64,000 bases of DNA from Chiloscyllium plagiosum (GCF_004010195.1 NC_057720.1:2441002-2505001), one strand, 5' to 3'. Shown: positions 11,660 to 24,774, numbered from the stretch's first letter. The notes: generated by a model not told the origin, from the letters alone. Numbers and translations: made by a program.

Positions 11660-12250
11660 ATAGAGTCATAAAGATGTATAGCACGGAAACAGACCCTTTG
11701 GTCCAACCCGTCCATGCCGACCAGATATCCTAACCTAATCTAGTCCCATTTGCCAGCATGTGGCACATATCCCTCTAAGCACTTCCTATTCATGTACCCA
11801 TCCAGATGCCTTTTAAATGTTTAAATACCAGCCTCCATCACTTCCTCTGGCAGTTCATTCCATACACACACCACCCTCTGCATGAAAACATTGCCCGTTA
11901 GGTACCTTTTAAATCTTTCTCCTTTCACCTTAAACCTATGCCCTCTAGTTTTGGACTCCTCCCACCTCAGGGAAAAGATCTTGCCTTTTCACCCTATCCA
12001 TGCAGTTCATGATTTTATTAATCTTGATAAGGTCACCCTTAGCCTCTGACGCTCCATGGGAAATAGGCTCAGTCGCTTCAGCCTCTCCCAATAGCTCAAA
12101 CCCTCCAAGCCTGGCAACATCCTTGTAAATCTTTTCTGAACCCTTTCAAGTTTCCTGTGTTAGGGAGATCAGAATTGACCACAGTATTTCAAAAGTGGCC
12201 TAACTAGTGTCCTGTATAGCCACAACGTGACCCTCCAACTCCAGTATTCA
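11660..12250 (-). mobile_element. CR1 3' fragment
   Basis: Reverse of the CR1 tail and C-terminal ORF2. Confidence 0.88.
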
Positions 12251-12429
12251 CCTCATAAGTAGTTTCCGTGAGATAATTAAGGGATAAACAAATGAGGATC
12301 ATCCTCTATCAAGTGCTTGCCTGCACCAAGATAGCCATCTGGTGAAAATGAAAAATTAATTGCTCAAGGTGTGCCAACAACTGTGTTTGTTGTAAGTTCA
12401 TGAATAATATTGTAAACTGTCTTTGTATC

Positions 12430-12880
12430 TCTCCACCCACTAGAGGTAGCAGGGCAGTAAATAATAAATATAGTGGTCTTGACTTTATTAAGAATGAAAT
12501 AGAGAACAAGATGATTTTGAACCTGTACAAGACACTTGTTATAACTCAGCTGGAGTATTGTGTACAGTTATGGGTGCCATGTTATGGGAGAGATATGAAT
12601 GCATTGGAGAGAGAGTGCAGAAGCGATTTACAAGAATGGCTCCAAGAATGAGCAACTTCACTAATGAGGATAGACTGAAGAAGTTGGGACTGTTCTCCCT
12701 GGAGAGAAGGAGGCTGAGAGGAGATTGAAGAGAGGTTTTCAAAATGATGAATGGGCTGGACAGCTATTGTGTAGCTGCTTCCCTTTGTAAAAAAAAAGAT
12801 CAAGAGGGCATAGATTTAAAGTGATTTGCAAATGATGCAGAGGTGATATTAAAAAAGCAACCTTTTTACACAGCAAGTCA
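12430..12880 (+). mobile_element. CR1 3' fragment
   Basis: LYKTLV..QLEYCVQLW and LGLFSLERRRL. Confidence 0.8.
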
Positions 12881-12991
12881 TCAGTGAAATAATTCCACAG
12901 AGGCTGGTATCCCATCACCAAGTTCCCCCTGACACTGATCCAGCTCCCTCCGAGTCTGATCTCAGAGTGAACAGAACCTCAGACACTCCTG

Positions 12992-14572
12992 AATGACATC
13001 ACAGGTTTTAAAAAGAGACAGTGCAAGATAACAGACGATGACACATCCCTCCCAGATCGTCTCAACACCTTCTATGCTCGCTTTGAGCAGAGTTTCAGCG
13101 GAGAGGTAACACCTATTCCGAAAAGTCCTGATGAACCTATCCCAACAGTCACTGCATCAGAGGGCAGAAGAGTTTTCCTTCGTGTGAATCCAACGAAAGT
13201 GATGGGACCAGACGGAGTACCAGGCTGTGCACTCAGAGCAGGTGCAGATCAGCTGGCAGAGGTCTTCTCGGACATCTCCAACCTCTCCCTGCAGCAGCCA
13301 CTGTCCCTGCCTGTTTCAAGAGGCCAACATCATCCCTGTGCCTAAGAAGGCTCATGCAGCATGTCTCAGTGACTACGCCCAGTGGCCCTAACTTCATGAA
13401 GTGCTTTGAAACGCTAGTCATGGCATTAGTCAACTCCAGCCTCCCCACTACACTTGACTCACTCCAATTTGCCTATCGGACCAACAGATCCATGTCAGAT
13501 GCCATATCACTTGCCCTTCACTCCTCCCTAGAACATCTTGACACCATGAACAGCTACGTAAGAATCCTACTCATTGACTACAGTTCAGCCTTCAATACTA
13601 TTTTTCCCTTGAGACTGATTACTAAACTTAGTGATCTCGGACTAAGCCCACTCTCTGCAACTGGATCCTCAGTTTCTTGACCCACAGGCCACAATCAGTG
13701 AAGACTGGGGACAATATTTCATCCTCACTAACACTCAACACTGGAGCCCACCAGGGGTGTGTACTTAGCCCTCTACTGTACTCACTGTATACCCATGACT
13801 GCATCGCCAAATACAGACTAATACCATTTACAGGTTTATGATGACACCACCATTGTCGGCCGAATCTCAGATGGCAACGAAACAGACTACAGACGGGAGG
13901 TCAGAGACCTGGAAAAATGGTGCACTGAGAACAACGTAGCTCTCAATGCCATCAAAACCAAGGATCTCATTATTGACTTTCGGCAGGATGTTACTCATGC
14001 CCCCCCCCACACACACACACATTAACAGCACAGAAGTGGAACGAGTGGAGAGTGTCAATCTCCTGGGAGTGGTCATGCACAACACACTTTCTTGGACTCT
14101 TCATGTGGACTGGTTACAAAGGCCCAATAACACCGCTTCTTCCTCAGGTAGCTGAGGAGGTTTGGCATGACGGCGAATACCCTTGCCAACTTTTATAGGT
14201 GCGCCATCGAGAGTATTCTGTCTGAATCCATCTACCAGGCCCACTGTCAAGGAAAGGCCGCCAGCATTCTCAAAGATCCATCCCACCCTGGCAATGTTTT
14301 TCTACAACCTCTACCATCGGGGAGAAGGTACAGAAACCTGAACACATGCACCAGCTGCTTTCAAAACAGTTTCTACCCTACTGTTGTTAGAATATTGAAT
14401 GAACTCACAAACCCTTACTATTCACCTGTACCTGTGTTTTTGTTTTTGCCACTGTTTACCTATTAGTTACTTACCTATGCTACTTAACTCTGTGATCTGC
14501 CTGTATTGCTCGCAAGACAAAGCTTTTTACCGTGCCTCGGTGCACGTGACAATAAATTCAATTCAATTCAAT
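12992..14572 (+). mobile_element. Rex1/Babar LINE, 5' truncated, with (AATTC)n tail
   Basis: [44 protein letters not shown] and LANFYRCAIESIL. Confidence 0.9.
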
Positions 14573-15429
14573 TCCTGTTATATCCATCTGACAGGGCTCC
14601 CTGATTGGACCAGCTTAACAGCCCCAATCAAGGAACTCATATTCTATGTGGTACACCTGGCTGACCTCATTACAATCACTACAACCCTCCCCCTCTACGT
14701 CTGGGGTTGTAGACTTGTTCATTTTCTTGTAGCCTCTCCTGGAACATTTTCATATCAGGTCCAGTTCCTCTGACTCAGTCTCGGATAATGGCAGAGTGTA
14801 CCAGATCACAGTCTGCCTGTTGCCCCCACAGCCTCCCTGAAGAAAGTAATCCTCTTCCTCAGGCAGTAAAGGCATTGCAGCTGCAACATCCGCTGTGTCC
14901 ATCTCAGACTCCAAGACTTTTTCAATGCTGGATGCAGCGAGAGAGCCCAGAGGTTCAGATAGCCTTTCCAGCTGTTCTGAGGATCTGGGCATATTTTACT
15001 CCTGCCCCTTTTGCAAGTTTGCAGCTTTGATGCGGTCCAACTTCATCCCCTGAAGTAAACAGTCTCTCTCGTTTAAAGGAGTCTTGTGTCTAGCATTGGC
15101 AGTCCTGATGTTGTTTCACCCTGCCCCATGACAGGTCCAAGAAGATAAGACTTAATCTGATGTGGAGTCTTAGCAACTCTGCTGTGGCTATCCCTGTAGT
15201 TGCGTGAAGGATGGTTCCATAATCAAATCAGAATCATGATAGTTTGGTATCAAGTGAAGCTGTAGGCTGTTTCTTTAAGCCTGCTTTCAAAGTTTGGACT
15301 GCTCTTTCCACTAGATCATTGGATGACAGATGGTATGGAGCTGTCTTTATATGCCAAATATGATTTGGCTTTAGAAAATACTTGAATTCCCTGCTTGTAC
15401 ATGATGGCCTGTTGTTGGTGGCCAACACT

Positions 15430-15764
15430 TTAGATTAGATTAGATTAATTACAGTGTGGAAACAGGTCATTCAGCCCAACAAGTCCACACCGACCCGCCA
15501 AAGAGCAACCCACCCAGACCCATTCCCCTACATTTACCCCTTCACCTAACACTACGGGCAATTTAGCATGGCCAATTCACCTAACTTGCACATTTTTGGA
15601 CTATGGGAGGAAACCGGAGCATCCGGAGGAAACCGGAGCATCGGGAGGAAACCCACACAGACACGGGGAGAATGTGCAAACTCCACACAGACAGTTGCCT
15701 GAGGCGGGAATCGAACCCGGGTCTCTGGCACTATGAGGCAGCAGTGCTAACCACTGTGCCACCA
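15430..15764 (-). mobile_element. HE1-type V-SINE inserted in the Gypsy integrase
   Basis: A/B boxes, V-domain, (TAGAT)n tail. Confidence 0.92.
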
Positions 15765-17067
15765 CTCCACCCGTTCAAAGGAATGTTATTGGACAAAACT
15801 TCCGGGAGCCGATGTTTTGCAAAAGACAGTCACAGCTTTTCTATTGTCTGTGTTTGATGAATGAACTCTATGCACGTTCAACGACTTTGAGTGGGAGTCC
15901 ACAATGACTAAGAATGCTGAGTCCATGAAAGGATTTGTAACTGAATCCAAGGTTTACCCAACCATTCCCATGAATGTGGGGGAGCTGCTGGTGGTAATGT
16001 TTGTCTCTGTTGGCTCTCTGGTCAGTGATACTAACATCCTGTGAATGAAGAAACAAAATGTTCTCAGTGTCACGTTTTGTCCGATAACATTCCTTTGAAG
16101 CACCTAGGAATGTGTTACAACACCCTGGGCCACTTGACAAATGTAAGGTATTGTTATTGCATGGAAAGATAGTTTTCCAAAGAGGAGTGAGTTCAGCATT
16201 TCAAGTCCACAACTTACTTTTATCTTTATTCCAATGTTTTCTGAGTGAAAAAGTACAAATTAATTACAAATAAAATAAAACCATTAAACATGCACTAATG
16301 ATGAGTTTTGGAACGGGTTACAATAGATAGTCATTCATCTCATTGAGCTAATAACCATTTTTAAATTCAAGCTTGGCAAGATTTATTTTTAACTTTAGGT
16401 AAATTGTTAAAAACAGAGTTTAAAAAAAATAGACAACCTATTTGATTTTGCATGTTTTAGGGGATTTGTTTGAAATCGCAAATTCCTTCACTGGAGACTG
16501 ATACTTTATTTATTTTTAGCCCATTCCAATATCGCCTTTACCTCCAGCTTCACTTCTAAATTAACATCTTTAGTGAAGACAGCTGCAAAGCGTTCATTTA
16601 GTATTGCACTCATGTTCACTGCTTCCACAAGCAGATCTCATTTTTAGTCTTTAATCAACCCCACCTTTGCTTACACCGCCCTTTTCCTATTTATGTGCTC
16701 ATAAAAGACTTCTGGGTTCCCTTTCATGTGCAGATCTATTCCAATACAGTCCCATTGCCCATCTCACTCTTCTTATCAGATATGTCTATTTCCTGTATTG
16801 TATCACTCCTTATGTGAAAAAGCAGGAAACAATTATTATTTAAATATTTAAACCTATTTGAATGATTGAATCTGCTAACCATGTGTCCCATTTGTAAGAA
16901 CATTGAAACATGTACAATAGGAGCAGGGCTAGGTCAGTCAGTCTTCTAAATCCACTCTGCTACTTAATAAAATCTTCTACTGCATCTTCACTTTTCCTAA
17001 CCTCCATGTCGCTATGGTCCAAAGTTGACTTGATCTTGTTTCTACTCAATGGCTAAGCAACATTCAT

Positions 17068-17235
17068 TCCCAGTGTGGGGATTAACAGTTCTGGTGTTGA
17101 GATTAACAGCACAATCTTTGCTCCTGGTGTTGAGATGAAATGTACCGTTGCTCCCGGTGTCAGGATTCACATTGATAGTTGTTCCAATGTTAAGATTAAC
17201 AGTAACAGTCAATCCCGTTTTGAGATAAAGTGTGA
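17068..17235 (+). repeat. Degenerate ~30-bp tandem repeat, about 6 units
   Basis: Recurrent (cc)ggtgttgagattaacag-like motif. Confidence 0.6.
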
Positions 17236-18139
17236 TCTATCGTAACTTTATAGACATTCCTTCTGAAGTCGTTCCATATCCTTTCGCAAAGTGGAATGTG
17301 GACTAACTACAAATTGATACAGGTTTTACAGAAGTCAACAGTGTTAAGAGAACTTTACCTTTGAAATTGAATCTGTTGTCTGAAAAGTATTTTTGTGAAC
17401 ATATATTTTTGAATATTACATTGTCTGAGTGATCAAGAGCTGTATTAGGTAATTGGCCAGTCTGGGTTCAATAAGAAGTTAAACATCAGTGACAGTTTAT
17501 TGTATTCCAGTCATGTGTTGATGCTTATGTCTCTGTGAGACCAGTATCCTCAACAAAATGTATCAGCTGAAGCTGTAACTTGCTAATATTGGTAAAATTT
17601 ATAGATAAGAACTAACACTTAACAGTAAAGATAAACATAACATTGTGAACAACCTCAGCAATTAAAAATCTAATGCTTATAGTTTCTTTACTCCAAATCT
17701 TTTATCATATACATAAATAACTTTGATAATATAATTAATAATAAGACACATTCCTCAGAATTTGTCAGCATAAAAAAAGGCCATTCAGCCAGTCAACCTG
17801 TGGCAGCTCATTGAAAGAAATATCCAGTTAAACCATATGTCCCAGTTCTTTCCACCAATTCTGCAGATTTCTCCCTACCAGGTTTTTTTTAAAATCAAAA
17901 TCCCCTTTGAAAGCTATTATTGAATCTGCGTCTATTGCTCTTTCAGTCAACACACTCTTGATCACCAGCTTGTTCATGAACTGATTTTCTGGGCTGGAGA
18001 GAGTTTTGTCCCAATTTATTGAAGCCTTCCATGGTTTTGAATTTCTTGCAAATGCAGTTCATAAATAAGCTCAGGTATATTTTAAAATAACAATCTGAGA
18101 ATGGGGGTATAAGGCAGGAGAAAGACATATAAAAGGAAA

Positions 18140-19130
18140 AAAAATGCATTTACATAGCACCTTTCAGGACATATCAAAACACTGATCAGTCATGAATACT
18201 TTTGTGTGTACTCACTATTGTAATACAGCAACTAATTTGTGCACAACAAGATGCCACAAGCAGTGAGGAGAAACATCCAATAAGCATTGTTAGAGACATG
18301 CTCCATCAATCTCTGATATTTGTTCATTTCAGCAGAGATTGCATAAGTTCTCAGGAGATGTCTCTCTGTTCTCTGCGGTAAAAGTCTCTTTAAAACTGAA
18401 GAAAACCAGTTGTCATTCATTCAGCAGTTGCTGTAAGCCAGTTTTAATTGATGTGTCCAAGACCTCTTGTAAGTGAACCAGCCACCCCTTGCAAACCAGT
18501 GAACGCACTCAAAAAGGAAAGGCTGCATCAACAAGAACCAACTCAACAGATCTTATGAACTAAGTATTGCTTTCCCAGTTTTCCATGTCTATGTGTTTTT
18601 GCACTGCCTATTTCTTTCTTCTGTTTGTGTGTGAAAGAGGGAGTTTATAAGGGGTTTAAAGTTTTAATTAACAATGTTACATGTTGATAGGTTAAATCTG
18701 TTTACCTGTAGCTGGACTCCAATTACCTGCAATAAATAATAATTCTTGTTAATTACAGAAACCCGAATCTGGAAATCAGGTAAACACTGGGGAACATTTA
18801 TCTACTTTTAAAAAATCTTTTATCACAAAAGCAGGACTCGATTTCCAATGAGGGGTAACAACGAAAAAGATAATTGTTTTCTAATGGTGCTGCCTGAAGG
18901 GTAAATATTGGTTACGACCCTCAATCCTTCTTCAATTTAATGTAACAGGATTACTTCCCTTCACTTGAGAGAGCATTGATCTTATTTTAACTTCACTTCT
19001 GATAGACAAGTACCTCTAATACTCCCCTAGGTTTCAGTCTAGATGCTGTACTCAAGTCTTTGGTAAGGGTCTTGAATCCATAAACTTCAGACTCAGGTGG
19101 AGCACAGTAACCTTTCGACCCCCAATACTG
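18140..19130 (-). mobile_element. Deu-domain SINE (SacSINE1-like), split into 18140-18275 and 18870-19130
   Basis: Reverse of the Deu core (tgaagggtaaatattgg...cttcttc...), tRNA-like head near 19060-19125, typical 3' tail. Confidence 0.6.
18288..18860 (+). mobile_element. Possible solo LTR
   Basis: TGTTA...TAACA ends and an internal AATAAA; interrupts a SINE; no TSD seen. Confidence 0.35.
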
Positions 19131-19180
19131 ACAGCTACCTAAGCAAGCAAATTACTTGCTTTTGTCCTGCAAGTTCTATG

Positions 19181-20093
19181 TCATTCTATGCAGACAATAC
19201 AAAGATTAGTGGAGAAATGGATAGTGTAGAAGGTTATCAAACGATACAGCAGGATATAGATCTGTTGCAGGTATGGGTGGAGAAATGGCAGATGGAGTTT
19301 AATCTGGGTAAGTGTGAGGTGCTGCACTTTGGGAGTTTGAATGTTAAGGAAAACTATAAAGTCAATGGCAGGACCCTGAACAGCATTGCTGTACAGAGGG
19401 ATCTTGCAGTTCCAGCCCATAGCTCCCTGAAAGTGACCACGCAGGTAGATAGGGTGGTAAAGAAGGCGTACCGCATGCTTGCTTTTATTGGTCGGGGAAT
19501 TGAGTACAAAAGTCAGGATGTCATTTTGCAGCTTTATAAGACTTTAGTTAGGCTACACTTAGAGTATTGCGATTAGTTTTGATCGTCATGTTACGGTAAG
19601 GATGTGGAGGCTTTGGAGAGGGTGAAGAAGAGGTTTACCAGAATGCTGCCTAGATTAGAGGGTATGAGTTATCAGGAGAGGTTAGAGAAACTTGGGTTGT
19701 TTTCTCTGGAGTGGTGGAGGCTGAGGGGAGACTTGATAGAAGTCTATAAAATTTATGAGATGCATTAACAGGGTTGGCAGTCAGAATCCTTTTCCCAAAG
19801 CTGAAATTTTTAATACCGGGGGGATGCATTTAAAGTGAGAGGGGAAAATTCAAAGGAGATGTGAGGGGCACGCTCTTTACCCAGAGAGTGGTAGGAGTCA
19901 GATACACTGCCAGGGGTGGTGGTGGAGGCAGATTCAACAGGGGTGTTTAAGGAACTTTTAGATAAGCACATGAATATGCAAGAAATGGAGGGATATGAAG
20001 CATTCAGAAGGGATTAGTTTAATTTGGCGTCATGTTCAGCACAATATCATGGGCTGAAGGGCCCATTCCTGTGCTCTACAGTTCTATGTTCTA
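19181..20093 (+). mobile_element. CR1 ORF2 3' third
   Basis: YADNTKI, WQMEFN..KCEVLHFG and LYKTLVR.HLEYC; ttctatg tail. Confidence 0.92.
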
Positions 20094-20304
20094 ATGTAAG
20101 TAATGACAGCTTTGGTGTATCTCTAACATTAATAACTATGCTTTGAATTTGTTTGAAATAAGAGTGGCTACACTGGGCTTGATCTGAAGGGTAAACTAAA
20201 CCGTAAACTTAGTTAAAGGTCACCTCCCAGGGAAATCTGCTTTCTGGCAGTGCTACATATTGAGAAGCATGTTCAGCAAACTAACCAAACCTGGATTTAG
20301 TTTT

Positions 20305-20525
20305 AAAATTCATTCATGGGATGAAAGCGTTGCTGGCTAGGCCAGCATTTATTGCCTGTCCCTAATTGCCCAGAGGGCAGTTAAGAATCGACCACATTGC
20401 TGTGGGTCAGGAGTCACATGTAGGCCAGACCAGGTAAGGAGGGTAGTTTCCCTCCCTAAAGGACATTAGTGACCCAGATGGGTTTTCCGACAATTGACAG
20501 TGGATTCATGGTCATCATTAAACTC
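20305..20525 (-). mobile_element. 3' end of the older LINE family
   Basis: Reverse of gggcaattagggacaggcaataaatgctggcc...atgaatgaa. Confidence 0.7.
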
Positions 20526-21118
20526 ATGTGCACGTCCTGTGTCGTAACTTGCAGGTTTGTAGATCAAGTTCTGGAAGGCATGTCTGCACAGACATGATGG
20601 GCTGTGTGGCCATCTATGCTTCTGTTAAATCTAATGTACAATTGTCTTCCAAGTCTGGCTGCTCTTAAATCCCTTGCCACTGAATGATTATCTGCTTCTA
20701 TATCCTATTTAATGTCGCTGGTGAAATGATTGATCTTCATGACACATGTTAACATTGTAACTTCTCGATCTGAACTCAAAGCCACAAAATGAATGTGGTG
20801 TTACTGCCACGTTGCAACTGGTAAAGTTCTCAGCCTCAAATTATTCATAATGAAAAAATAAACTATTTCAGGATGATGTGGCCAAGACCATATAATTTTA
20901 ACATAATTTTTCTTCAGCCTGGATTACTTGTGGATCCTCTGTGAGGATTGGGAAATTTATTTCTTGCTCAATCTGTGCTATGTAAAAATAAACTTTTCTA
21001 AAAACAAAATATTTTAAATTTTAAATTAATTTGGGGATCGCAGAGCTAGCAACATTTCTTGTTGATACATTATTGTCATGGAGAAGGTGATGGTAGAAGT
21101 AGCAAATTATACTCAAAG

Positions 21119-21433
21119 AATTCTTACAGTGTCGAAACAGGCCATTTGGCCCATCAAGTCCACACTGATTCTCTGAAGAGCATCTCACCCAGACCTACCC
21201 CTACTTTATCCCTGTAACCCTAAGCCACCCTAGCATGCACATCCCTGGGCACTATGAGTAATTCAGCATGGCCAATCCAACTAACCTGCACATCTGTGCG
21301 AGGAAACTGGAGCACCGGGAGGAAACACATGCAGACATAGAGAATGTGCAATCTCCACACAGACAGTCGCCCGAGGCTGGAATCGAATGGTCCCTGGTGC
21401 TGTAAGGCAGCTGTGTGGACCACTGAACCACCA
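21119..21433 (-). mobile_element. HE1-type V-SINE
   Basis: V-domain and tRNA-like head. Confidence 0.88.
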
Positions 21434-21717
21434 CACAACTTAGCTTCTTGCAAGGCCACTTCAGTTGTGCTGGTAGGAGTCCACTCCATCACTGACAGCC
21501 TGGAGTCACATATAAGCTAGCTGTCTGTAGGAGCTTGCTGTGCAGAAATAAGCTGTAAACTAACTCTTACTTTGCTACAGTAACTACACAACAAAATGTG
21601 ACTTTTCTGGCTGTAAGGGGTATCCTGGCATCCTGAAAGGGAATTAAAAATGTACCTCATTCTCCCTTATAGTTGTTTGGTCATAGAGCTTTTGGGTATT
21701 GCTGAGAAAAGACATTT

Positions 21718-21751
21718 TGTCAATGCTTTTCATCTTGCACTCATCAGGACA
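21718..21751 (-). ncRNA. Decayed minimal hammerhead of a separate family (within a probable PLE terminus, about 21685-21870)
   Basis: Minus strand tgtc-CTGATGA-GTgcaagAT-GAA-AAGCAT-T-gaca; stem I TGTC/GACA; near-palindrome AAGC(T/A)T. Confidence 0.55.
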
Positions 21752-22539
21752 TTTCACAAGAATGCCAATACAAGGGCAAAAAAAACAACATTCATACTAC
21801 ATGAGTCAAAGGTGCTGATTTGTTGGCATGTGGGCTCAGATTGGTAGAGACATTGTCATGAAGAATGCACCTCTTAATGCTGATTGCTCATTGAATTCAA
21901 ATTCTACCATCTGACATGACAGAATTTGAACCAGGTGACCACAACATTACCTGGGTCTCTGGATTAACAGTCCAATGATAATATCACTAGTTTCCTGCAT
22001 AAGGAGAAAATACCTTTGTTTTTGAAACTCCAGAAAAACTCTGAGAAATATCTAAATTCCAGCACTTTATTTGCTTTTTTCTCTGCAAAGGTGTACAGAA
22101 TCTTTGTATGTACTTATTGATAATTTTTTTCATGAATAAAGTATATTTTTGAAATAAGAACATGGACATCAGTGCATTAAGCAGGCACCAGCACCTTCTC
22201 AAGGGCAACTAGGGATAGACAGTAAATGCTGAACTAGGGAACAACACCCACATCCCCAGAAATAAATTAAAAAAAAACACATATCCAGTAATTCAACAAT
22301 TCCTCCCATCTGACTTCAATGTGAACTTCATCAACAGGGGGATTATTGTCAAGGAATACACATTAAAATTATAGCCTCAAATAATCATGACCATTACATT
22401 GTGCACACTAGTTGCCTCCTTGTCGTGTTGGTGAAGCAAATGTAATGAGAAAAAGGCATTTAAAAACAGCGCCAGAACTTTCCATTTCATAAACACATTC
22501 TATAGTTAGCTATGGAAGACATTCCTTCACAGCTGCCAT

Positions 22540-22755
22540 ATTCATTGGCCTTCTTCCTGCATTGCTGGATGCTTTGTTCTGCCTGGGACACAGCACTGAG
22601 CCAGGCTCCAATCTGTGTCCAAACTGGCCGTATCCGGTGGCATGGTCTGATGTAGTGGTCAGTTGGACTGAGGACTACCCTCTCACTGCCACTCTATCCA
22701 TAACCAGCCCCAGACCCTTGTCCATGATGCTGGAGAAGGGGGAGATTTCCCTTGT
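22540..22755 (-). pseudogene. Myb/SANT-like DNA-binding domain relic (Harbinger/PIF accessory-protein type)
   Basis: With one frameshift reads DKGLGLVMDRVAVR/VVLSPTDHYIRPCHRIRPVWTQIGAWLSAVSQAEQSIQQCRKKANE, which fits the W..I...LSAVS.......QCRKK.N pattern. Confidence 0.65.
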
Positions 22756-23000
22756 TCTGTGCCAAGTTGTTCTGTTAATGGTCCAATGAGGGAGAGATCA
22801 TTCCTGGCTTGCAGTGTGTGAGGTGGTGAGCAGTGGGCACCAGCAGGGTGAAGGCCTGAAGATCCCATTGGGTTGTAGCACACCCAGTTCTTGAGCAATT
22901 CAATCCCTGAGAAAAATACCTAACGGCCCAGTAGGATAAGTAATGAAGTGAAGAGTGGAAGCTTAGAAGAAAAGAGGTGTGCCAGAAAGTGTTCTATCAA

Positions 23001-24514
23001 GGGGGTAAAAACAATGACTGCAGATGCTGGAAACCAGATTCTGGATTAGTGGTGCTGGAAGAGCACAGCAGTTCAGGCAGCATCCGAGGAGCAGTAAAAT
23101 TGACGTTTTGGGCAAAAGCCCTTCATCAGGAATAAAGGCAGAGAGCCTGAAGCGTGGAGAGATAAGCTGGAGGGGGGTGGGGGTGGGGAGAAAGTAGCAT
23201 AGAGTACAATAGGTGAGTGGGGGAGGGGATGAAGGTGATAGGTCAGGGAGGAGAGGGTGGAGTGGATAGGTGGAAAAGGAGNNNNNNNNNNNNNNNNNNN
23301 NNNNNNNNNNNNNNNNNNNNNNNNNNNNNNNNNNNNNNNNNNNNNNNNNNNNNNNNNNNNNNNNNNNNNNNNNNNNNNNNNNNNNNNNNNNNNNNNNNNN
23401 NNNNNNNNNNNNNNNNNNNNNNNNNNNNNNNNNNNNNNNNNNNNNNNNNNNNNNNNNNNNNNNNNNNNNNNNNNNNNNNNNNNNNNNNNNNNNNNNNNNN
23501 NNNNNNNNNNNNNNNNNNNNNNNNNNNNNNNNNNNNNNNNNGTAGGGGGGTGTGGACCTGACCAGGTAGTCACGGAGGGAACGGTCTTTGTGGGGGGCGG
23601 AGAGGGGTGGGGGGGGAAATATATCCCTGGTGGTGGGGTCTGTTTGGAGGTGGCGGAAATGTCGGCGGATGATTTGGTTTATGTGAAGGTTGGTAGGGTG
23701 GAAGGTGAGCACTAGGGGCGTTCTGTCCTTGTTGCGGTTGGAGGGGTTGGGTCTGAGGGCGGAGGTGCGGGATGTGGACGAGATGCATTGGAGGGCACCT
23801 TTAACCACGTGGGAAGGGAAATTGCGGTCGCTAAAGAAGGAGGCCATCTGGGTGTGTTCTGTGGTGGAACTGCTCCTCCTGGGAGCAGATACGGCGGAGG
23901 CGGAGGAATTGGGAATACGGGATGGCATTTTTGCAGGAGGTAGGGTGGGAAGAGGTGTAATCCAGGTAGTTGTGGGAGTTGGTGGGTTTATAAAAAATGT
24001 CATTGTCAAGTCGGTCCTCATTAATGGAGATGGAGAGGTCCAGGAAGGGGAGGGAGGTGTCAGAGATGGTCCAGATAAACTTAAGGTCAGGGTGGAATAT
24101 GTTGGTGAAGTTGATGAATTGCTCAACCTCCTCGCGGGAGCACGAGGTGGCGCCAATGCAGTCATCAATGTAATGGAAGAAGAGGTGGGGAATGGTGCCG
24201 GTGTAATTACGGAAGATCAACTGCTCTACGTAGCCAACAAAGAGACAGGCATAGCTGGGGCCCATACGTGTGCCCATGGCTACCCCTTTGGTCTGGAGGA
24301 AGTGGGAGGATTCGATGGAGAAATTGTTAAGGGTGCGGACCAGTTCGGTCAAATGAATGAGAGTGTTGGTGGAAGGGTACTGTTGGGGACGTTGGGAGAG
24401 GAAGAAACGGAGGGCTTGGAGGCCCTGGTCATGGCGGATGGATGTGTAGAGGGATTGGATATCCATGGTGAAGATGAGGCATTGGGGGCCAGGGAAACGG
24501 AAGTCTTGGAGGAG
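23001..24514 (-). mobile_element. Penelope-like element (Neptune-type), 5' truncated, with RT and hammerhead-bearing terminus
   Basis: MDIQSLYTSI, QTKGVAMGTRMGPSYACLF, YIDD, LPFLD and LDYTSSHP; 10-bp TSD GTTCTATCAA (22991-23000, 24515-24524); N gap 23282-23541. Confidence 0.93.
23097..23133 (-). ncRNA. Hammerhead motif with catalytic G12 lost
   Basis: attc-CTGATGA-A-GGGC-tttt-GCCC-AAA-ACGT-C; the expected GAA reads AAA (CpG decay). Confidence 0.7.
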
Positions 24515-24774
24515 GTTCTATCAATCCCGCTTCATAAAACAAATTAAATGTAAACTAGAAAATTCAGCCCCATTTGGAATTGACCTTATAGGATTTAATA
24601 GTAGTCTATTTTTGTTTTGTGATCTTAATTCAGATCGCTAACAGTATGAGGAGTGGACATGGGAATAAACAATTTTGTTTTAATGAATTTTTAGTGGTAT
24701 AAATTGATAGCCTGGAATACATCTGCCTTGTAGGTAAAGAATGTTTTTAAACCCTATCTCTCCCATCCTCAAGA

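Larger units (their letters stand above)
12885..16000 (-). mobile_element. Decayed Gypsy LTR retrotransposon: integrase, PPT and 3' LTR (LTR split by Rex/Babar)
   Basis: Integrase TAPYH.SSN.LVERAVQTLK and FLVIVDSHSK. Polypurine tract 14684-14695 abuts the LTR start TGTAGTG at 14683; the LTR far end near 12885 matches the solo LTR at 31107. Confidence 0.8.

Noticed and set aside
22963..24547. 401-aa minus and 285-aa plus ORFs
   Set aside because: Alternative or antisense frames of the PLE, and read-through of the N gap.
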